Assembly: GCA_965242525.1 (NCBI GenBank)
Contig: OZ251459.1
Span: 320,001 to 384,000, forward strand
Reading direction: 5' to 3'
Length of the DNA stretch: 64,000 nucleotides
Origin: an uncultured Candidatus Binatia bacterium
GTDB lineage: Bacteria > Desulfobacterota > Binatia > UBA9968 > JAJDTQ01
A program made the position numbers and the translations under genes. Below the pieces are notes generated by a model that ran no database searches, had not been told where the DNA came from, and saw only the letters and a list, made by a program, of their open reading frames with translations. Shown in pieces: positions 39,286 through 47,876 of the stretch. Position 1 is the stretch's first letter. Each line of letters opens with the position of its first letter.

Positions 39286-39322
39286 AAAGAGCGAGGGCAG
39301 CCCTCGCAGGCTGCCCTCGCTC
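39286..39322 (-). terminator. Probable terminator hairpin of the ECF operon
   Basis: Perfect 14-bp stem GAGCGAGGGCAGCC/GGCTGCCCTCGCTC with 6-nt loop, ~20 nt after the 39342 stop; U-tract is short. Confidence 0.6.
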
Positions 39323-39341
39323 CCGGTCAACGGAACTCCGC

Positions 39342-39878
39342 CTACCTGTGTCCCCGGCGCATCTTCCCGCCGCCCAGGAGCCGGTTCAGCAGGCCGTCCG
39401 CCTTGGCCACCTGCTCGGGGGTCAGGACCGCTCGCACCGCAAGCGCCGTGCGGGTCCGTTCCTGCAGCCGGTCGCCCCGGATCTTCGAGAGCTCTTCGAC
39501 CTTGGCATCCACCTTCGCCCGGTCCACGGTGGGTTCCGATACGAGCTCCGCCAACTCGATGCGCGCTACCCGCGCCTTGGCGCGCAGACCGATGGCCTTC
39601 TTCCGCGCCTGCCGGAGGACTTCCTCAATGGCCGTCACCTGCTCGTCGGTCAACTCCAGCCTCCTGGCCATGCGCCGGATGCCTTCGCCGTGGCCGTGGC
39701 GTCCGCGCCTGCCGTGACGCCCGCGCCAACCCTCCCGCTCCTCGCCCCGCTCGGCGCGGGTCATGCGGGGGCCGTCCCCCCGACGCCCCTCTCCCTGCTG
39801 GCTCCAGGCGACGCCGCCGGCAAGGCCCGCCAGCAGCACGGGGGCCAGGATCAGCGCCGTTCGTTTACGATGGTTCAT
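39342..39878 (-). CDS. Spy/CpxP-like periplasmic protein
   Basis: Signal peptide; LELTDEQ and LTPEQ (LTxxQ) motifs. Confidence 0.85.
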   Translation of the reverse strand: MNHRKRTALILAPVLLAGLAGGVAWSQQGEGRRGDGPRMTRAERGEEREGWRGRHGRRGRHGHGEGIRRMARRLELTDEQVTAIEEVLRQARKKAIGLRAKARVARIELAELVSEPTVDRAKVDAKVEELSKIRGDRLQERTRTALAVRAVLTPEQVAKADGLLNRLLGGGKMRRGHR

Positions 39879-39995
39879 GGGTGGTTCTCCTTTCGGGTTC
39901 GTGGATGGCATCGCGCGATGTCGATGATTAGACGTTCCGGGGTTCCGTTGCGCCGTCCCGGGGGCCGGGTCCCGGGGACGCCCCCTCCGGCTCTT

Positions 39996-40451
39996 TCAGT
40001 TCCCGGCGTCCTGCGGAAGGGCCTCCAGTCGATCGACCATGCGCCCGCGCGCTTTCTTCCGCCGTTCGCGGAAGTGGTCGGTGAGTTCCTCCAGCTTCTG
40101 CGCCTGCTCCGGGTCGAGCTCCGGCTCGATCTTCCGGTGGAACTCCAGGATGATCCGGTCGGCTTCCTCCAGGGACCGGATGCGCGCCCGGTAGAGGTCC
40201 CGGCGGGCCTGGTTCAACAACGGCCCGACCCGGCCCATCTGCTGCTCGGAGAGGTCGAGCTTCCGTTGCAGCATTCGGACGTACCGCCCGCCGGAGCCGT
40301 GCTTCCCGTGGCCGCGGTGCTTCCCGTCGTGCCAGCCGCGCCAGGGCCGGCTCCACGAGTGCCCCATGGGGTGGAGGCTTCCGAGGAAGGCGCCGCCCAG
40401 GAGTCCCAGCAGGAACACGCCCACCACTGCGAGGAGAGCTTTTCGTTTCAT
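39996..40451 (-). CDS. Membrane-anchored periplasmic helical protein (Spy/metal-sensor-like)
   Basis: N-terminal TM, His-rich linker, LDLSEQQ and LDPEQ. Confidence 0.75.
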   Translation of the reverse strand: MKRKALLAVVGVFLLGLLGGAFLGSLHPMGHSWSRPWRGWHDGKHRGHGKHGSGGRYVRMLQRKLDLSEQQMGRVGPLLNQARRDLYRARIRSLEEADRIILEFHRKIEPELDPEQAQKLEELTDHFRERRKKARGRMVDRLEALPQDAGN

Positions 40452-40900
40452 GGGTTCCGGTCTCCTACCCACGCCACCAGGACCGCATCCGGCTCGTCCG
40501 CCAGCGATGCTTCCCGTCCCGACGGGTTCTCCAGCAGGGCGACGGCGAGGAGGGCCGGGGTCCGGGTCTCCGTCGCCATGCCCTGCCACAAGCCGACGCC
40601 GCCCAGCAACGCCGCCACCAGCGCGAAGGCGGGAGCGAGCCGGCGGCTGAACAGCAGCAGGGCGTCGCTGAGGGATGCGCGCCGGTCCTCTTCTTCGCGG
40701 ATCCGGGCGGCGACCCCGGGCCACGCGGGCCGTCCGGGGGTCGGCTCCGGCGCCGCGGAAAAGAACCGCCGCCAGAGCCGTTCGTCTTCGAGCAGCCCGG
40801 AACAGTCCGCGCACGACCGGGAGTGTTCCCGGTGCGCGTCGGGGAGCGGCTCCGTCAGCCTTGCCGTCTCCAGCCGGCGTCTGAAATCGTCACAGGTCAC
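40448..40900 (-). CDS. Zinc-finger anti-sigma factor
   Basis: C..HxxxCxxC (HSRSCADC) plus a single TM. Confidence 0.82.
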   Translation of the reverse strand: MTCDDFRRRLETARLTEPLPDAHREHSRSCADCSGLLEDERLWRRFFSAAPEPTPGRPAWPGVAARIREEEDRRASLSDALLLFSRRLAPAFALVAALLGGVGLWQGMATETRTPALLAVALLENPSGREASLADEPDAVLVAWVGDRNP

Positions 40901-40903
40901 GAG

Positions 40904-41527
40904 TCACCTCCGAGTCCGCTCGGAAACGTAAGGGGCGAGCATCCGGCGCAGCCGCTCTCGTCCCCGGGCGTGCCGCGACTTGACCGTGCCCGGGGAGCAG
41001 TTCAGGATGCGGCCGACTTCCTCGTAGGAGCAGCCCTCCATGTCCTTCAGGGTGACGACCACGCGGAAGCGTTCGGGCAGACGGGCCACGGTCCGGGCCA
41101 CCACGCGGCTGACGGACTCCCGGCCGTCCGTGTGGTCCTCCCGCTCCGGAGGCTCCTCTCCCGACAGCATGCTCCGCAGGCCCAGGACCGCTTCTTCCCC
41201 GGGCTCGGCGTCCAGGGGGACTTGGCGCGACTGCTTCCTGAACTCGTCCCGGGCGCAGTTGATGGCGATGCGGGTGACCCAGGTCCCGAAGGCCGAGTCT
41301 TCCCGGAACTTGCCCAACGAGAAGAACGCCTTGACGAACGCCTCCTGGACCACGTCGTCCACGTCGCCGTGGTCCGGGCCCAGGAGCCTGCCCACGAGGC
41401 GATGCAACCGGGCCTGGTGCCGCTCCACCAGCAGGCGGTAGGCGTCCGAATCGCCGTCTCGCACCCGTCGCACCACATCCTTCTCCGTATCCCCCAGCGC
41501 CAGGGGATACGGCAGGGTTTCCGTCAT
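40904..41527 (-). CDS. ECF RNA polymerase sigma factor
   Basis: DDVVQEAFVKAF, FGTWVTRIAIN, SYEEVG..GTVKSRHARGR. Confidence 0.95.
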   Translation of the reverse strand: MTETLPYPLALGDTEKDVVRRVRDGDSDAYRLLVERHQARLHRLVGRLLGPDHGDVDDVVQEAFVKAFFSLGKFREDSAFGTWVTRIAINCARDEFRKQSRQVPLDAEPGEEAVLGLRSMLSGEEPPEREDHTDGRESVSRVVARTVARLPERFRVVVTLKDMEGCSYEEVGRILNCSPGTVKSRHARGRERLRRMLAPYVSERTRR

Positions 41528-41699
41528 CCTCAATGGGTCACCTCGATGGCGTGAACCGGCCTGCCCATTTGACGGTGCGGGGTTCCCGCGCCGTCCGCGG
41601 AAGGCGGGCGGAAAGTCCCGGGCGAGGCGCCGGGTCCGCCAGCCCGGCGCCTCGGAGCCGGCGCGGACCATGCCGCTTGGCGCGCGGAAGGGGATCCGG

Positions 41700-43604
41700 T
41701 CAAGCCGCGGCCGCGGCCCTGCGCCGCATCAGGGGCCGGGCCAGACCGGCCGCGGCCAGGGCCACGCCGAGTACGTCGCTGTAGAGACCCGGTGCGATGA
41801 GCATGATGGCGGCCGCGAACACCACCACGCGCTCCGCCGCCTCCACGCGGTCCTTGAGGCTGCCCACCAGCGCGTACGCGGTCAGGATCACCCCCGCGGC
41901 TGCGGTGGCGGTGGTGACCACGACGGCTACGGGACTGCCCCGCATGAGCAGCGGCGTGCCGAAGACGAAGGCGTAGGGCAGGATGTACACCGGCAGCGAG
42001 ATGATGCCGGCGAACAGGCTGGTGCGCCAGAAGTCGCTGCCCGCCACGGTGGCGCCGGCGTAAGCGGCCAGGGCCACGGGCGGAGTGACCATGGACAACA
42101 TGCCGGAGAAGAAGATGAACAGGTGGGCAGCGATGGGGAGCACGCCGACCTTGACCAGCACCGGCGCCACCATCAGCGCCAGTATGATGTAGGCGATGCT
42201 GGTGGGCAGCCCCATGCCGAGGATCATGGATGCGAACATGGTCAGCAGCAGGATGGTGGTGAGGTCGTTGCCGGCGATGCCGATGACGAGGCCCGAGAAA
42301 CGGGTGGCGAGTCCGGTCATGAGGATGGCGCCCATGATGATGCCGACGCAGGCCACCGCGGTGCCCAGGGTGACGAAGTCCCTGCCGGTCCCCTCCAGCA
42401 CCCGGAAACCCGTCCTGACGACCGACACCGCCCCGGCCGGCGCGGACGCGGCGAAGCCGCGCCGGTCCCGGAGCAGCATGGTGACCGCGGTGATGCCCAC
42501 TCCCAACAGCGCGATGAGGGCCATGGCCCGCAGGACCGCCTGGACCGGCGACATCCGCAGCAGCAGCAACACGATGAGCAGGCCGATGCCCGCGACGAAG
42601 GTCAGTCCCTGGGGCTCGCGCACCACCTCCCGGAGGCTCGGCAGCTCGGAGGGGGGCAGCCCGGTGAGCCCGGAGCGGAGCGCGTAGAAATAGACCCCGG
42701 CGAGGACGCCGATGAAGTACAGCACCGCGGGGATGAAGGCGGCCTTGACGATCTGGAGGTAGTCCACGGCGAGGAACTGCATCATGAGGAAGGCCGCGGC
42801 GCCCATCACCGGCGGCATGAACTGTCCTCCGGTGGACGCCGCGGCCTCCACCGCGCCCGCCACGTGGGGCTGGAAGCCCACGCGCTTCATGAGCGGGATG
42901 GTGATGGAGCCGGTGACCATGACGTTGGCCACGGCGCTGCCGCTGACCGACCCCATCATGCCGCTGGACACCACGGACATCATCGCCGGGCCGCCGCGGT
43001 ACCGTCCCACCACCGAGCGGGTGAACTCCATGATGAACGCCAGCGCTCCGGTGGCTTCCAGCAGCTTGCCGAACATGACGAAGAGGAACACGAACTTGAA
43101 GGTGATGTAGGTGGCCACGCCGAAGACGCCGTTGCCCGACAGGTAGATGGTGGTCACGATGCGGTCCAGGTCGAAGCCGCCGTGCCCCCCCACCCAGCGC
43201 GGCAGGTGCTGGCCGTAGAAGACGTAGACCAGGAAGAACAGCGCGGTGACCACCAGCGCCCAACCCACGATGCGGCGGGTGGCCTCCAGCACCACGAGGA
43301 CGCACAGCACTCCCAGCACCAGGTCCGTGCGGGTGACCAGTCCGGACTTGAAGGTGATCTCCTCGTGGTTGACCACCACGTAGCCGAAGACCGCCAGGCT
43401 GAGGGCCAGCCAGAAGAGGTCCAGCGCCGCCTGGCCGGGCCGCGTCCGCTCCGTCGCCTGGGTGAGGAACACCAGCGCGAACAGCACCAGCAGGAACAGG
43501 CTCCGTTCCTGGAGGGGGGGCAACGGACTGAAGGCGTTCCAGACGGCGTACGCCGACAGTCCGATTGCCAGGAACCGGGTGACGATCCGGCCTACCGCTT
43601 CCAG
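41700..43604 (-). CDS. TRAP transporter fused 4TM/12TM permease
   Basis: GSVSGSAVAN, EAAASTGGQFMPPVMG, GMGLPT, TPPVALAA; frame open to a CTG at 43604 behind AGGAGG. Confidence 0.92.
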   Translation of the reverse strand: MEAVGRIVTRFLAIGLSAYAVWNAFSPLPPLQERSLFLLVLFALVFLTQATERTRPGQAALDLFWLALSLAVFGYVVVNHEEITFKSGLVTRTDLVLGVLCVLVVLEATRRIVGWALVVTALFFLVYVFYGQHLPRWVGGHGGFDLDRIVTTIYLSGNGVFGVATYITFKFVFLFVMFGKLLEATGALAFIMEFTRSVVGRYRGGPAMMSVVSSGMMGSVSGSAVANVMVTGSITIPLMKRVGFQPHVAGAVEAAASTGGQFMPPVMGAAAFLMMQFLAVDYLQIVKAAFIPAVLYFIGVLAGVYFYALRSGLTGLPPSELPSLREVVREPQGLTFVAGIGLLIVLLLLRMSPVQAVLRAMALIALLGVGITAVTMLLRDRRGFAASAPAGAVSVVRTGFRVLEGTGRDFVTLGTAVACVGIIMGAILMTGLATRFSGLVIGIAGNDLTTILLLTMFASMILGMGLPTSIAYIILALMVAPVLVKVGVLPIAAHLFIFFSGMLSMVTPPVALAAYAGATVAGSDFWRTSLFAGIISLPVYILPYAFVFGTPLLMRGSPVAVVVTTATAAAGVILTAYALVGSLKDRVEAAERVVVFAAAIMLIAPGLYSDVLGVALAAAGLARPLMRRRAAAAA

Positions 43605-44572
43605 AGGCCCGCCTCCTTCCAGTAGCGCACGGCTCCCGGATGGAAGGGTACGTTGATGTCCTTGGTCAGCACCGCGGGGTTGGCCTGGGCGTACTTGAAG
43701 TAGCGCACTTCGGCCGCCATGCCGTCCAGGTTCTCGTGCAGGAGTCTGGTGATCTTATAGACCACCTCCTCGTCCGCGTCGTTCCGCACGTAGAGGTGCG
43801 GACCGCCGATGTCCACCGTGTCCACGTCCCGGCTGAAGGTGGGGGTGCTCTTGGGGATGGTGAGCCGGGTCATGTACGGCAGTTCCTTCAGGACCTTGTC
43901 GATGGCGGCCGGCTCCGGCGCAAAGTAGGCGGCGCCCTTCTCGGCGTGGAGACGCAAGGCGCCGGGGATGGGACTCAGGCCCGCCACGATCCCCGGGGTG
44001 GCCGCGATGATGCCGTCGCCGAGCTGCGTGTACAGGTCGCTCATCCCCGCGTACACGGGCTTGATGTCCTCGTAGGTCATGCCGTGGGCCTTGAACAGGG
44101 GCTTCAGGAAAGCGTCCCAGGTCCGGCCCGTGCCCACGCCCACGCGTTTGCCCTTGAGGTCCCGGAACGACTTCGCCGGGCTGTCGGGCAGGGTCATGTA
44201 GGCGAAGCCGTGGGGGTACAGGCCCATGATGGGCGCGATGGGGTGCTTCTTCTCGAAGCCGAGGATTCCGTGGTAGCCGGGGTAGCCGTTGTTGGACGAT
44301 ATGACGGCGATATAGACCTGCTTGCGGTCGATCAGCCGGATGTTCTCGCGCGAGCCTTCGGTGACGGCCGCGGTGACCGGGATCTGGAGCTTGTCCTCCA
44401 GCAGCTTGGCGACGCCTCCCGCCATGACGTAGAAGCCTCCTCCCACGCTGGCCCCGCCCACCTCCATGCTGGTCGGCATCTCCGCGGTGGCCGCTTGCGG
44501 GCCGGACGCCCATGCCATGGCGGCGACCGCGGCCGCCGCCAGCAGCCCCTTGAATCTCGGACTCCTCCTCAT
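43592..44572 (-). CDS. TAXI-family TRAP substrate-binding protein
   Basis: GGASVGGGFY, TEGSREN, PFHPGAVRYW. Confidence 0.93.
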   Translation of the reverse strand: MRRSPRFKGLLAAAAVAAMAWASGPQAATAEMPTSMEVGGASVGGGFYVMAGGVAKLLEDKLQIPVTAAVTEGSRENIRLIDRKQVYIAVISSNNGYPGYHGILGFEKKHPIAPIMGLYPHGFAYMTLPDSPAKSFRDLKGKRVGVGTGRTWDAFLKPLFKAHGMTYEDIKPVYAGMSDLYTQLGDGIIAATPGIVAGLSPIPGALRLHAEKGAAYFAPEPAAIDKVLKELPYMTRLTIPKSTPTFSRDVDTVDIGGPHLYVRNDADEEVVYKITRLLHENLDGMAAEVRYFKYAQANPAVLTKDINVPFHPGAVRYWKEAGLWKR

Positions 44573-44832
44573 GCAGCACCTCCTTGCTGGTTTGGTTCCA
44601 TGCGCCGCGCGGCCGGGGCCGCGGTCCGGCGAACCCGCGTAAAATAGGATGGATCGCCGCGCCAGTCAACCTGAAAGAGAAGTCGCCGCAAACCAAGGCC
44701 GCGTCCGAACTTTCCGTTTGACAACCGCTCCCGCCTGCCATAGAAGGGGGCGTCGCCTGCGAGGACGGGCGGTGCGTTTCCGTGTCCATGCGGCGCTCCG
44801 GCGGGGCGCCAAACCGAGAGGAGGACATCCGT

Positions 44833-45870
44833 ATGAAGGCATTGAGCTTGACCGCTGCGCTTCTCCTGCTGGCGGCGTCCGCGGCCTGGAGCCAGAGCAA
44901 GACCGTCAGGGATCTGGCCATGTACGAGGGAGCGGACTACGAGAAGATGCTCCTGGAGGGCGCGAAGAAGGAAGGCAAGGTGGTCTGGTACACGTCGCTG
45001 AGCGGCAAGTCCTACAAGACCATCCAGTCGGAGTTCGCCAGGAAGTACCCGGACGTGAAGATCGAGGTCTATCGGGCGGGAAGCAAGGACATATCGGCGA
45101 AGGTCCTTGCCGAGCACAGGGCCGGGAAACACCTGGCCGACGCCACGGAGACCACCCCGGGGATCCTGCAGCTCTTCCGCGAGCGCAAGATCATCACGCC
45201 CTACGCCAGCCCGGAGCACGCAAGATGGCCGGACGAGCACCGCATCAAGGCCGAGGGCCGGGGGGTGTGGTGGGTCACGGACCGGGAGTCCTTCATCGGG
45301 CTCGGGTACAACACCAACAAGCTGCCCAAGGAGCAGGTCCCCAAGAGCTTCGACGACCTCCTGAACCCGGCCCTCAAGGGCAAGCTGGTCATGAGCATCA
45401 CCAGCACCGGCGACCGGGTCATGGGCACCATGCTCAAGGTCAAGGGGATGGAGTACATCGAGAAGCTCAAGAAGCAGGAGGTCAAGCTCCTCAAGATCTC
45501 GGGCACGGCCACCCGGGACCTCATCATCTCGGGCGAGTTCGTGGCGTCGCCCACGGTCTTCCGGAACCACGCACTGGTGAAGATCCACGAGGGCGCCCCC
45601 CTGGGTTGGGAGGCCATGGACGAGGTCCCCACCAACGCCGGCGGCTCCGCGCTGTTCGCCCACGCGCCGCATCCCCACGCAGCGCTGCTGCTCATCAACT
45701 TCGTCCTGACCGAAGGGCAGACGATCCTGCAGAAGTTCCACTACGGCATGGCGTGGAGGGACTACCCCTTCGAGCGCGTCTATCCGGAGAGGGGCATGAG
45801 CTCGTCCGAGTACAACAAGTCCCTCAAGAAGTGGAACAAGTTGCTGCGCTCCGTCGGCCGCAAGGGCTGA
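44833..45870 (+). CDS. ABC substrate-binding protein (Fe3+/polyamine/thiamine cluster)
   Basis: Signal peptide; EGAKKEGKVVWYTS, APHPHAALL. Confidence 0.88.
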   Translation: MKALSLTAALLLLAASAAWSQSKTVRDLAMYEGADYEKMLLEGAKKEGKVVWYTSLSGKSYKTIQSEFARKYPDVKIEVYRAGSKDISAKVLAEHRAGKHLADATETTPGILQLFRERKIITPYASPEHARWPDEHRIKAEGRGVWWVTDRESFIGLGYNTNKLPKEQVPKSFDDLLNPALKGKLVMSITSTGDRVMGTMLKVKGMEYIEKLKKQEVKLLKISGTATRDLIISGEFVASPTVFRNHALVKIHEGAPLGWEAMDEVPTNAGGSALFAHAPHPHAALLLINFVLTEGQTILQKFHYGMAWRDYPFERVYPERGMSSSEYNKSLKKWNKLLRSVGRKG

Positions 45871-46014
45871 GCGCCTCCCGGGCTCCGTTCGTCCACGCGA
45901 GACCTTCCGTTGCCCTTCCGTTCCGATGGCCGCGGCAACCCGCGGGCAGGCCGTGGACCTGCCCGCGGGCGCCGCGGATGCGCATGACCGCCGCCCGGTG
46001 GAGGACTACCGCGC

Positions 46015-47790
46015 TTGAGTAGAGACCAGGCAACCGCCGCGGCGCCCGTACCGGACAGGGGCGGTTCCGCGGCGTTCCTCGATTTCCTGCGTCCGAGCCG
46101 GCAGGGGCGCGACTACCCCTTCTGGCTGTTCATCCCCTGCGCGCTGGTGCTGCTCTACCTGGTGGTGCCGCCGTTGGTCTTCATCGTCTATACGAGCTTC
46201 GTTCCTCCCGAGGACTCGGGGATCGTCGGGCTGACGCTCCAGAACTTCTTCCACATATTCGAGTCCCTGGCGGAGTTCGAGATCCTGGTCTGGAACTCCC
46301 TGGTGTTCTCCGTGGGGAGCGCGGCCTGGGCCCTGGTGTTCGGCACGGTGATGGCCTGGTTGGCGGAGCGCAGCAACGCGCCGTTCCGCATGGTGGCGTA
46401 CCTGGCGGCCTTCGTGTCGTTTGCCGTGCCCGGGCTCATCAAGGTCATCGGCTGGATCCTGCTGCTGGGGCCGGAGGCCGGTTTCATCAACCTGGCGGTG
46501 GGCTCGGTCACCGGCGTCGCCCCGATCTTCGACATCTTCTCCATGAGCGGCATGGTGCTGGTGGAGGGCTTCCTGTGGACCCCCATCGTCTTCCTGCTCA
46601 TGGCCACGCCGTTCCGTTCCATGGACCCGTCCCTGGAGGAAGCCGCGGTGGTGGCCGGCAGCAGCGACTGGCAGGTCTTCTGGAAGGTCACCCTGCCCAT
46701 GGCCATGCCCAGCGTGCTGTCGGTGCTGATCCTCACGTTCATCCGCAGCCTGGAGGCCTTCGAGATCCCCGCGCTGGTGGGTCTCCCCGCGGGCATCGAG
46801 GTGATGACCACCCAGATCTACCTCCAGTTGAGCGAGGGCTACATCCCCGAGTACGGCAACGCCAGCGCCTACTCCGTGATCCTCATCGGCATCGTGGCCC
46901 TGTGCCTGCTGCCCTACTACCGGGTGACCCAGCACGCGCACCGGTTCACCACCATCACCGGCAAGGGGTTCCAGCCCCGGCGGAAGGACCTGGGACGCTG
47001 GCGCTGGCTGGGAGGGCTGGCCCTGCTGGGCCTGCCGGCGTTGCAGCTCCTCCCGCTCACCGCCCTGGTGTGGGCGAGCTTCATGCCCTACCTGCAGGTG
47101 CCTTCGTGGGAGGCCCTCTCCCTGCTCACCCTCGACAACTACGCGGTGGCGTTCAGCGACGACAAGATCCTGAGCTCCATCATGAACAACCTCATCATCA
47201 GCATCGTTTCCGCCACCGCCTGCGTGGGCGTGGCGTTCGTCACGGCCTGGCTGGTGACGCGGACGAACATCCGGATGCGCTGGTCCCTGGACCGGCTCAC
47301 GATGGTGCCCCTGGTCTTCCCCGGCATCGTCATGGGAGTGGCGGTCCTCCAGACCTACCTCACGGTGCCCATCCCCGTCTATGGCACCATCTGGATCATG
47401 GTCATCGCCTTCTCCGCCCGTTACCTGCCGTACGCCATGCGGTTCAGCCACGCCGGGCTCATCGGCATCCACCGGGAGCTGGAGGAGAGCGCCACCACCA
47501 GCGGATCGAGCTGGGGACAGGTGGCCCGGAAGATCATGGTCCCGTTGATGATGCCGGCGCTGTTCGCCGGCTGGATCTACATCTTCCTCATCACCATCCG
47601 GGAGCTGTCGGTGGCGCTGCTGCTCTACAGCCCGGGGTCCGAGGTGATCTCCGTAGTCATCTGGGAGCTCTGGGACAACGGCGCGGTGGGCACCCTGTCC
47701 GCCTTCGCCCTGGGCATCAGTGCGGGGACCGTGCTGCTGGCCTGCGTCTTCTACCGGCTGAGCCGCCGCCACGGCCTGGACGTGCGCTGA
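46015..47790 (+). CDS. ABC permease (FbpB-like, fused double domain)
   Basis: MDPSLEEAA and ELEESA EAA loops. Confidence 0.9.
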   Translation: MSRDQATAAAPVPDRGGSAAFLDFLRPSRQGRDYPFWLFIPCALVLLYLVVPPLVFIVYTSFVPPEDSGIVGLTLQNFFHIFESLAEFEILVWNSLVFSVGSAAWALVFGTVMAWLAERSNAPFRMVAYLAAFVSFAVPGLIKVIGWILLLGPEAGFINLAVGSVTGVAPIFDIFSMSGMVLVEGFLWTPIVFLLMATPFRSMDPSLEEAAVVAGSSDWQVFWKVTLPMAMPSVLSVLILTFIRSLEAFEIPALVGLPAGIEVMTTQIYLQLSEGYIPEYGNASAYSVILIGIVALCLLPYYRVTQHAHRFTTITGKGFQPRRKDLGRWRWLGGLALLGLPALQLLPLTALVWASFMPYLQVPSWEALSLLTLDNYAVAFSDDKILSSIMNNLIISIVSATACVGVAFVTAWLVTRTNIRMRWSLDRLTMVPLVFPGIVMGVAVLQTYLTVPIPVYGTIWIMVIAFSARYLPYAMRFSHAGLIGIHRELEESATTSGSSWGQVARKIMVPLMMPALFAGWIYIFLITIRELSVALLLYSPGSEVISVVIWELWDNGAVGTLSAFALGISAGTVLLACVFYRLSRRHGLDVR

Positions 47791-47876
47791 GCCTTCGGGA
47801 CCGGCGCTGCCGCGAGCGGTTGGCGCAGACGTCCCGGGCGCGCGGAGACGGAGCCACGTGGACGGAATCGTGGACC

